Positions 39,126 to 45,881 of a stretch of 64,000 bases of DNA are shown one piece after another. Source of the stretch: Patescibacteria group bacterium (GTDB taxonomy: Bacteria > Patescibacteriota > Patescibacteriia > Patescibacteriales > JBAZCA01); assembly GCA_041671125.1 (NCBI GenBank), contig JBAZCA010000003.1, positions 128,689 to 192,688 on the forward strand. The letters are read 5' to 3'. A model generated the notes under the pieces. That model was not told where the DNA came from, ran no database searches, and worked only from the letters and a program-made list of their open reading frames with translations. Each line of letters begins with the position of its first letter. Within the stretch, counting starts at the first letter, position 1. The position numbers and the translations under genes are program-made.

Positions 39126-40731
39126 TGAGAAAATTAAATAACACGGAGAGGTGGCCGAGTGGCTGAAGGCACGACTCTCGAAAAGTCGCAGGGCGGCAAC
39201 GTCCTCCAGGGTTCAAATCCCTGCCTCTCCGCCAATTTTTACTTTTTGTGAAATCGTAAGAAACAGCCTCGGCGCAAAGCGCCTCGGCATGGTATTTTTC
39301 CGCAATTTTAAAGGCATTTTTGAAATCCAAAACCAAAGTGCGGTCGGCAATGTGGAAGTTCGAACCAATCTTTTTGAGAAAATCCCGAATCCTTTCGGGA
39401 TTTTCTTGTTGAGCGTATTTTTCGGCTTGGTTGGCGTCTTTTAGAAAGGCAATGGCAAGTTCGAACCGATTATTGCTCTTTCGCCCAAAAGCAGAGATTT
39501 TTTCTTCCAAATCTTTTTTAGCGAGAATGAGCTTGTACTTTTTGGCGGTATATTCTGTTTGCGACAAATTGCCGTCCAGTTGCAAGTCAAGTAAACGATC
39601 AAGTTTTGTTTCTATCTCTACAAGCTCATTTCTCGCTTTTTGGGCGAAAGAGCTTTCCGTTTGGGCAATTTTAATTTTTTCGTTTTCGAAAAAATTGATT
39701 GAAGCGTTTGCCCAAGCGGAAGACAAAGAAACTTTTTTGATTTCCTCTTTTATTTGAGCAGTGATGGCGTCCTCTCTGGCATACCTTTGCGAACAAGGAT
39801 TTTTCCGTTTGGTGCATCGCAAATAGTTGTGACCTTTTTGCGTTTCGGTGGTAATGAAACAACCGCACTCTCCGCAACGGAAAAATCCTCTAAAAATGTA
39901 CGGTTTGAGTTTTGGCGATTTCGGTTTGCTCTTGTTCGCCATCACTTCTTGAACGGAATCAAAAAGTTTCTTTGTGATAATCGGTTCATGCTTTCCGTCA
40001 TACAATTCACCGTTATATTCAATCATTCCATAATAGATTTTATTTTTGAGCATATACTGATAATTTGAGACGGAAAGCATTTTGCCTTTCTTGCCAACCA
40101 AGCCAATGGAATTGATAATCTTTCGGATTTGAGCGAGGGGGTATTCGCCAGTTGAGTACATTTCAAAAGCCCGCTTGATGTATTTTGCCTTTTCTTTGTC
40201 CACGGCGATACAGCGGGCGTTTTTGTCGTTCACATAGCCAAGTGGCGCCCAAGCAGGCCATATTCCATTGCGCAATTTCTGGCGAATACCCCTCTTTATA
40301 TTTTCCGAAAGATTATCCACATAGTATTTTGATTGCCCAAAAGCGATGGACAACATAAATTTTCCTTGCGGCGTCGGATCAAACCAAAAAGTAGGAAATT
40401 TTAGCGTGGTAATTTTTCCAGTATCTACGAGATAGATTATCCGTCCGCCGTCTATGGAATTACGAGCTAATCTATCGGGGTGCCACGCTAAAATTCCCTC
40501 AGCTTCATTTTTCTCTATGCTCGCCACCATATCGTTAAAAATCTCTCTGCCCGGCTCTTTGGCGGTTTTGCTTTCCACAAATTCACGGACGATATTCAGG
40601 TTTTCTTTTTTGGCATATTCTCGCAATTCAAACATTTGTGCCTCGATACTCAAAACCTGCCTTTCGGGTTCGTCCGTGGATTTGCGGGCATAGAGAAAAA
40701 TCTTTTTGGTTTGTAAATTTATGTTGTCCAT
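39001..40731 (-). CDS. Large serine recombinase (integrase). The conserved part ends near 39235; the ORF then reads antisense through tRNA-Ser.
   Basis: Catalytic-Ser motif IFLYARKSTDEPERQ, recombinase domain, zinc ribbon CGECG...LRCTKRKNPC, C-terminal coiled coil. The last 76 codons are the antisense of the tRNA and the rluB-like gene's 3' end. Confidence 0.85.
   Translation of the reverse strand: MDNINLQTKKIFLYARKSTDEPERQVLSIEAQMFELREYAKKENLNIVREFVESKTAKEPGREIFNDMVASIEKNEAEGILAWHPDRLARNSIDGGRIIYLVDTGKITTLKFPTFWFDPTPQGKFMLSIAFGQSKYYVDNLSENIKRGIRQKLRNGIWPAWAPLGYVNDKNARCIAVDKEKAKYIKRAFEMYSTGEYPLAQIRKIINSIGLVGKKGKMLSVSNYQYMLKNKIYYGMIEYNGELYDGKHEPIITKKLFDSVQEVMANKSKPKSPKLKPYIFRGFFRCGECGCFITTETQKGHNYLRCTKRKNPCSQRYAREDAITAQIKEEIKKVSLSSAWANASINFFENEKIKIAQTESSFAQKARNELVEIETKLDRLLDLQLDGNLSQTEYTAKKYKLILAKKDLEEKISAFGRKSNNRFELAIAFLKDANQAEKYAQQENPERIRDFLKKIGSNFHIADRTLVLDFKNAFKIAEKYHAEALCAEAVSYDFTKSKNWRRGRDLNPGGRCRPATFRESCLQPLGHLSVLFNFLITSVFLFRPQSVFSIPPLLNSRVPACRFLPGQDLLLPARAS
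39145..39234 (+). tRNA. tRNA-Ser (anticodon CGA), CCA encoded
   Basis: Hand-folded: acceptor GGAGAGG/CCTCTCC, anticodon loop cuCGAaa, long variable arm, T-arm CAGGGTTCAAATCCCTG. Confidence 0.9.
39216..39234. repeat. attL core (19-bp direct repeat, tRNA-Ser 3' end)
   Basis: AATCCCTGCCTCTCCGCCA, identical to 45158-45176. Confidence 0.85.
39266..39362. repeat. Inverted-repeat copy A (3' end of the recombinase gene)
   Basis: 95/97 identical to the reverse complement of 40846-40942. Confidence 0.9.
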
Positions 40732-40845
40732 ATTGTTTTTAAATTAGTTTTTGGGCAATCAAAGAAAAATACGCTCAACCTTTCGCCAAAGGCGAAAGAA
40801 AAAAGATTGGTTTGCAAAATTTCATTTTGCCAGAGCTTCGCTCTG

Positions 40846-40942
40846 CGAACTTCCGCATTGCCGACCGCACTTTGGTTTTGGATTTCAAAAATGCCTTCAA
40901 AATTGCGGAAAAATACCATGCCGAGGCGCTTTGCGCCGAGGC
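40846..40942. repeat. Inverted-repeat copy B (orphan duplicate of the recombinase 3' end, plus strand)
   Basis: Encodes ...ADRTLVLDFKNAFKIAEKYHAEALCAEA, as does the recombinase C-terminus. Confidence 0.9.
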
Positions 40943-40975
40943 TTCCAACCCTGATTTTTCGAAATGTGATTCTTG

Positions 40976-41281
40976 GCGGTGTTTTTTGAACGAAGTTCGA
41001 ACATTTTTTGAGCAAAACCCCCAATAAGGAAGCCAGCCCCGCCGTCGCTCGGAAACCTCGCCACCCCGCAAAAAAGTTTTCTTCACATTTTATATTTTGC
41101 GCGCGCCGATTTTTTTCTTCTAAAAGGAAAAGAAAACTTTTGTGCGGGGTTCTGCTCTTAACGAGCAGGACGGCGGGGCTGTCCGCTTTTTGTATTCGCT
41201 CGGGCGTGGCGGAATTCCCCCCAAACCCCCCTTCCGCCACGCCCTCGCTTCCGACGGCAATTTTTTTGGCGGAATTTTCTT
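40976..41281. repeat. 306-bp perfect inverted repeat, left copy
   Basis: Exact reverse complement of 44776-45081, checked base by base at both borders and via identical mirrored ORF translations. Confidence 0.9.
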
Positions 41282-41392
41282 TCTTTTCCTTGTCCCACCC
41301 TCCCAACGCGGAAAAGACAAAGGAACTCCCTTTTTTCTTTACTATTTCCAAATATTTTGGTAATATTATATTGTGGTTGCGAAGTTTGAACA

Positions 41393-41405
41393 TATAATCA
41401 TTATA
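41393..41405. promoter_or_regulatory. Palindrome TATAATcATTATA over the putative -10 upstream of the controller gene (candidate C-box/operator)
   Basis: Perfect 13-bp palindrome flanked by a 7-bp inverted repeat ATTGTGG/CCACAAT, 27 nt before the XRE gene start. Confidence 0.35.
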
Positions 41406-41431
41406 CCACAATTTAATATTACTAATAAAAT

Positions 41432-41626
41432 ATGGTAGAGTCAAGCAAAATCAAACGAATAAGGGAAAAGCTAGGTTTGTCGCAAGAGAAACTGGCTCGT
41501 CTTGCCGATGTTTCAAATAATACGATAATAAACATAGAGGCAGGCAAACAAGATAATCCGACCATTGATACACTTAAAAAAATCGCAAAAGCGTTAAATG
41601 TGCCGATTGAGGATTTAATAAAATAA
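41432..41626 (+). CDS. XRE-family HTH protein (likely R-M controller C-protein)
   Basis: LGLSQEKLARLADVSNNTIINIEAG HTH. 64 aa. Directly precedes the REase gene. Confidence 0.8.
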   Translation: MVESSKIKRIREKLGLSQEKLARLADVSNNTIINIEAGKQDNPTIDTLKKIAKALNVPIEDLIK

Positions 41627-41630
41627 AACT

Positions 41631-42479
41631 ATGGAAACAAATTTACTTATCGCTATCACAAATTTAGTTAAAAACCCAATTACAAATTTGGTTTCTCATT
41701 ATCGTGCCGCCAATCGGGCTAACCATATGGGCGACGCTTTAGAATTTTATATTAAGGATTTATTTTGCAATTCCCTAAATGAAAACAACCTTGAAAAGAA
41801 AAATGAAATTTACAGTAAGTATTTTTCCTACATTGGAAACCAAAATAATCCGCCAGATATTATTATCAAGCAAGGCGACGCAATAGAGGTAAAAAAGATT
41901 GAAAGTTTGCGCTCGGGAATTGCTCTTAATAGTTCATATCCAAAAGATAAGTTGTATTCTGATAGCCCGATGATAACAACGGCTTGCAGAAATTGTGAAG
42001 ATTGGCGAGAAAAAGATTTGGTGTATGTTGTTGGTGTTTCAAAAGATGACAAACTAAAAGCACTTTGGCTGGTTTATGGTAATTGCTATTCAGCAAGTAA
42101 AGAAGTTTACGAGAGAGTAAGAGATAAAATTTCAAAAGGTGTTAACGAATTGCAAGATGTTGAATTTTCAGAAACCAATGAGCTTGGTAGGGTCAACAGA
42201 GTTGATCCACTAGGAATAACTTATTTGCGTATTCGTGGAATGTGGGGCATTGAAAATCCCATCAAGGTTTTTGATTATGTCGTCCCGACAGAGCAAAATC
42301 CCGAATTTTTTGTTAATGCAATTTTGCTGAAAGAAAAATATTTGTCCTTTCCAGAAAAAGACAGAAAAAATCTTGAGAGTTTGGTTGGTTCTAACTTTTC
42401 AATAAAAGATATAAAAATAAAATCGCCAAACAACCCAGCAAAATTGCTGGAGGCAAAATTATTGAGTTTTAGAAAATAA
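41631..42479 (+). CDS. Type II restriction endonuclease (PD-(D/E)xK)
   Basis: NNPPDIIIKQGDAIEVKK gives a PD...EVK catalytic motif. 1-nt gap to the MTase gene. Confidence 0.7.
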   Translation: METNLLIAITNLVKNPITNLVSHYRAANRANHMGDALEFYIKDLFCNSLNENNLEKKNEIYSKYFSYIGNQNNPPDIIIKQGDAIEVKKIESLRSGIALNSSYPKDKLYSDSPMITTACRNCEDWREKDLVYVVGVSKDDKLKALWLVYGNCYSASKEVYERVRDKISKGVNELQDVEFSETNELGRVNRVDPLGITYLRIRGMWGIENPIKVFDYVVPTEQNPEFFVNAILLKEKYLSFPEKDRKNLESLVGSNFSIKDIKIKSPNNPAKLLEAKLLSFRK

Positions 42480-42480
42480 T

Positions 42481-43458
42481 ATGAAATTAGCTTCTTTATT
42501 TACAGGTGCGGGCGGACTAGATTTAGGCTTTGAAAGAGCTGGTTTTCATATTGTTTGGGCAAATGAATATGACCCAACAATTTGGGAAACATTTGAGCAT
42601 AATTTTCCCAAAACAAAACTAGACAAAAGAAGTATTGTAGATGTTCCAGCGTCTGAAATTCCAGATGTTGACGGAATAATCGGCGGGCCACCTTGTCAGA
42701 GTTGGAGTGAGGCAGGTGCTGGTCGTGGAATAAATGATAAGCGAGGTCAATTATTTTATGATTATATCCGTTTGCTAAAAGAAAAACAGCCAAAATTTTT
42801 TCTTGCAGAAAATGTATCGGGTATTTTACATCCAAAACATAAAGAGGCATTTTCAAATATAATCAAGGAATTTGAAAATGCGGGATATGAAATTTCATGT
42901 AAATTGCTAAATGCGAATGATTACGATGTTCCAGAGGATAGACTTCGAGTTATTATCGTTGGCTACCACAAAAGATTAAAAAAGAAATTTGAGTTTCCAG
43001 AACCACAAAAATATAAACCTGTATTGAAAGACGCTATTTATGATTTGCGTTTAGCAAAACCAGCTTTAGATAAAAATAAGACAAACGGCGATGAGCTAAA
43101 GATTCCAAACCATGAATATATGAATGGCGGTTTTTCTTCAATCTATATGTCAAGAAATCGAGTGCGTTCGTGGGATGAACCCTCTTTCACAATTCAAGCT
43201 GGAGGTCGCCACGCACCTATTCACCCTCAAGCACCAAAAATGAAATTCATAAGCCAAAACGAAAGAATTTTTGTTCCCGGAAAAGAAAATTTGTATCGCC
43301 GTTTGTCCGTAAGAGAATGTGCAAGAATTCAGACATTTCCTGACGATTTTATTTTCAAATATCGTGATATTGCTGACGGATATAAAATGATTGGTAATGC
43401 CGTTGCTGTAAATTTTGCTTTTCACTTGGCAAAAAAAATAATGGACGATCTAAAATAA
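42481..43458 (+). CDS. DNA (cytosine-5)-methyltransferase, HaeIII-like
   Basis: Motif I LFTGAGGLDLG, motif IV GGPPCQSWS, ENV, QTFPDDF, GNAV. From memory, the target-recognition region (ALDKNKTNG...PNHEY...MSRNRVR.W.EP.FT.QA.GR...HPQAP) closely resembles M.HaeIII. Confidence 0.9.
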   Translation: MKLASLFTGAGGLDLGFERAGFHIVWANEYDPTIWETFEHNFPKTKLDKRSIVDVPASEIPDVDGIIGGPPCQSWSEAGAGRGINDKRGQLFYDYIRLLKEKQPKFFLAENVSGILHPKHKEAFSNIIKEFENAGYEISCKLLNANDYDVPEDRLRVIIVGYHKRLKKKFEFPEPQKYKPVLKDAIYDLRLAKPALDKNKTNGDELKIPNHEYMNGGFSSIYMSRNRVRSWDEPSFTIQAGGRHAPIHPQAPKMKFISQNERIFVPGKENLYRRLSVRECARIQTFPDDFIFKYRDIADGYKMIGNAVAVNFAFHLAKKIMDDLK

Positions 43459-43461
43459 TTT

Positions 43462-43992
43462 ATGGAGAATTTTTTTAATCAAATCACAAATTTCTATAAT
43501 CACCCATTATTTATTATAGTTGGCGGAATAACTGTAACCATAGCGTTTATTGCATTTGTTTACAGATTGGCTTGTTGGACTTTTGGAATTACTCCGATTG
43601 TTTTTCGCTTGGGAATTGCCCTTTGGCAAAGAAAGGTGGCTATTTTTGGAAGTGTTGAAATATTTGAAAGCTTGAAAAATTCTCTTATTGATTCAAATAT
43701 TTTCAAAAGTAAAAACATCATACATATAAGTTTAGATAATATCGACAAGGCAAAGAATGAAACTATTTTTTTGGTCGATTGGGAAACATTTGGAGACAAA
43801 ATAGAGCAGATTTTTTCTGCAAGAAAAAATCATCAAACGGCAATAGTGATTTATGCTAAACCAGCAAGTATTCCTCAAGAAAAAATGAGCGATATCGCGA
43901 ATCGTGCAAATACCGTTGTCGTAAATTTTCGAGGTCGTCTTTTGAATGATATTTTGACCTCACTAATCACGACAAGCTATGACCGAAATTAA
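43462..43992 (+). CDS. Membrane-anchored protein with cytoplasmic Rossmann-like (alternating beta/alpha) domain; candidate effector/sensor
   Basis: TM helix PLFIIVGGITVTIAFIAFVY plus a second amphipathic hydrophobic segment, then strand-like KVAIFGS / IIHISL / IFLVDW / AIVIYA / VVVNF. Overlaps the next gene. Confidence 0.6.
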   Translation: MENFFNQITNFYNHPLFIIVGGITVTIAFIAFVYRLACWTFGITPIVFRLGIALWQRKVAIFGSVEIFESLKNSLIDSNIFKSKNIIHISLDNIDKAKNETIFLVDWETFGDKIEQIFSARKNHQTAIVIYAKPASIPQEKMSDIANRANTVVVNFRGRLLNDILTSLITTSYDRN

Positions 43993-44764
43993 TATGTATT
44001 TGAATCAGATATTACAAAAATATAATGGGAGAGATATTTCAGGCTATTCCAATGCACTTTCTCAACTTCAAACGTCCTTGAAAACATGGGCATCGTCTTG
44101 TTATGCAAATCTTTTGTATTCTGGCTCTCGAGCAAAAGGCACGGCGATATCTCTTGCGTCTGATGTAGATTATTTAGTTTCTTTGACAAGTAGCTGTAAC
44201 GAAAATAGCGGTGGTCTAAAAAGTATTTACGATTCTTTGTATACAACATTGAAAAGTAAGTATCCATCAGCTAGTAAACAAAATGTTTCCGTAAGAATAA
44301 ACTTGAATGGATTAGAAGTAGATATAACCCCAGCAAGAAAACAAACGGGAAATACGAACGACCATTGGTTATATGTCTCGAAACTTGACACAAGAAAGCA
44401 AACAAATATTCAGAAGCATATCAATGATATATCTCAATCGGGCAGAATAAACGAGATAAAATTGTTGAAGATTTGGAGAGAGTTAAACCACCTTGATTTT
44501 TCATCAATATATTTGGAATACCTGCTTGTCAATAATATTTTGCTGAATAAATCAAAAGATGAAAATAGCCTTGGGGATAATGTTTGGCACGCTCTTAATG
44601 AATTAGCAAAAACTCAAGGCAATCCATTGTTTGCAAGAATTGTCGACCCAGCCAACTCTGCAAATATTCTTTCCGATCTTTTGACAAGTACCGAAAAGAA
44701 TAAGATAATAAGCCAAGCACAAACAGCAATTCGTCAAACAGATTGGAATCAAATTGTTTGGTAG
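43979..44764 (+). CDS. Minimal Pol-beta-fold nucleotidyltransferase, cGAS/DncV (SMODS/CD-NTase)-like
   Basis: GSRAKGTAISLASDVDYLVSL (GS...DxD), third acidic residue in GLEVDITPA, then TNIQKHI...IKLLKIWR helical-domain pattern. An alternative ATG at 43994 is 1 nt after the upstream stop. Confidence 0.65.
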   Translation: MTEINMYLNQILQKYNGRDISGYSNALSQLQTSLKTWASSCYANLLYSGSRAKGTAISLASDVDYLVSLTSSCNENSGGLKSIYDSLYTTLKSKYPSASKQNVSVRINLNGLEVDITPARKQTGNTNDHWLYVSKLDTRKQTNIQKHINDISQSGRINEIKLLKIWRELNHLDFSSIYLEYLLVNNILLNKSKDENSLGDNVWHALNELAKTQGNPLFARIVDPANSANILSDLLTSTEKNKIISQAQTAIRQTDWNQIVW

Positions 44765-44775
44765 TTTGGATTTAT

Positions 44776-45081
44776 AAGAAAATTCCGCCAAAAAAATTGC
44801 CGTCGGAAGCGAGGGCGTGGCGGAAGGGGGGTTTGGGGGGAATTCCGCCACGCCCGAGCGAATACAAAAAGCGGACAGCCCCGCCGTCCTGCTCGTTAAG
44901 AGCAGAACCCCGCACAAAAGTTTTCTTTTCCTTTTAGAAGAAAAAAATCGGCGCGCGCAAAATATAAAATGTGAAGAAAACTTTTTTGCGGGGTGGCGAG
45001 GTTTCCGAGCGACGGCGGGGCTGGCTTCCTTATTGGGGGTTTTGCTCAAAAAATGTTCGAACTTCGTTCAAAAAACACCGC
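44776..45081. repeat. 306-bp perfect inverted repeat, right copy
   Basis: Exact reverse complement of 40976-41281. An imperfect extension of about 9 bp lies outward. Confidence 0.9.
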
Positions 45082-45157
45082 AGAGAATCAGCGGTAAATT
45101 TCAAAAGAAAGTTTGGGTTCGGGAGGCATACGCCTCCCGCCCGGCGCAGGCCGGGCG

Positions 45158-45176
45158 AATCCCTGCCTCTCCGCCA
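45158..45176. repeat. attR core (19-bp direct repeat)
   Basis: AATCCCTGCCTCTCCGCCA, not embedded in a foldable tRNA. Confidence 0.85.
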
Positions 45177-45191
45177 GATAAAATTTAATTT

Positions 45192-45881
45192 ATGTATTTG
45201 GAAAAATTCAGCGAATTTTTAAAGACAGTTGATTTGCAGGGTTTTAGAAAAAAGTATAGCCGGGTAAAAATTGTTGAAATGGATTTAAGTAAAGACATTC
45301 AGGCTATTGAATTATTGTATCGGGTGTATTGGGATGAAAAAAAGTTTTTATCCTTTGATGATTTTTACGACCGCTATTTTAGCGAGAAAAGACAAGCGGC
45401 GGAGAATTTTCGTATCAGATCAACTATGTGTAAAGATTGTTTCCGCCGCGGCTTGAAAGCAAGGATTTATAGAACCTGGGCAGGACTAATAACACAGATT
45501 CACGCCGGGTACGTGGCCGAATTTGTTTTTGGCGAAGGAACGGTTTCTATGTCTGCCGAACTTGACCATCAGGGAGCGGATATAAGAGTAAAATATAGGG
45601 GTCACTTTTTAAATTATCAGGTTAAAAAAACCAGCTATAGCGGCGTAAAAAGCGGACGGCCGTTGCCACGGAAGGCTAAACTTGAAGGTGAGTCAATTGA
45701 TATTAAATATGAGGTCCCTAGTTGTCTTCAAAACCCAAAAACAAAAAAAGGCGAGCTCAGAGAACCTTATTTAAGGTTCTGTAAAGACGAGAGAATAAAG
45801 TCTTTTGATAACGGCTTCGTGGTTTTCACTACGAAAATTTTTAAAGATAAAAAAAGAGAAATTGATTCAAGGTCAAAATAG
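45192..45881 (+). CDS. Putative type II restriction endonuclease (TaqI-like family, tentative)
   Basis: LKARIYRTWAGLITQIHAGY...ELDHQGADIRV...NYQVKK gives a D...(Q)xK nuclease-like core. From memory it resembles R.TaqI. Convergent with the MTase gene and overlaps it by 9 nt. Confidence 0.5.
   Translation: MYLEKFSEFLKTVDLQGFRKKYSRVKIVEMDLSKDIQAIELLYRVYWDEKKFLSFDDFYDRYFSEKRQAAENFRIRSTMCKDCFRRGLKARIYRTWAGLITQIHAGYVAEFVFGEGTVSMSAELDHQGADIRVKYRGHFLNYQVKKTSYSGVKSGRPLPRKAKLEGESIDIKYEVPSCLQNPKTKKGELREPYLRFCKDERIKSFDNGFVVFTTKIFKDKKREIDSRSK

Larger units (their letters stand above)
39235..45176. mobile_element. Integrative element (about 5.9 kb) at tRNA-Ser carrying a serine recombinase and defence cargo
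   Basis: 19-bp direct repeats at both ends. Recombinase abuts attL. AT-richer cargo. The recombinase ORF regains an in-frame stop only when the ends are joined. Confidence 0.8.

Noticed and set aside
40985-41000. GAACGAAGTTCGAAC in the inverted repeat as a Cheo-type LexA box
   Set aside because: The spacing is GAAC-N3-GTTC rather than GAAC-N4-GTTC. No comparable site lies upstream of recA or the LexA-MTase gene.
40719-41444. ORFs across the inverted repeats (40719-41444 minus strand, 41008-41397 plus strand, 44603-45049 minus strand, 44817-45188 plus strand), some with identical translations
   Set aside because: The identical peptides simply reflect the 306-bp inverted repeat read on opposite strands. 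The translations are low-complexity (Pro/Arg/Ser/Phe), mutually overlapping in several frames and without motifs. I treat them as non-coding repeat DNA, although a small repeat-encoded peptide cannot be excluded.
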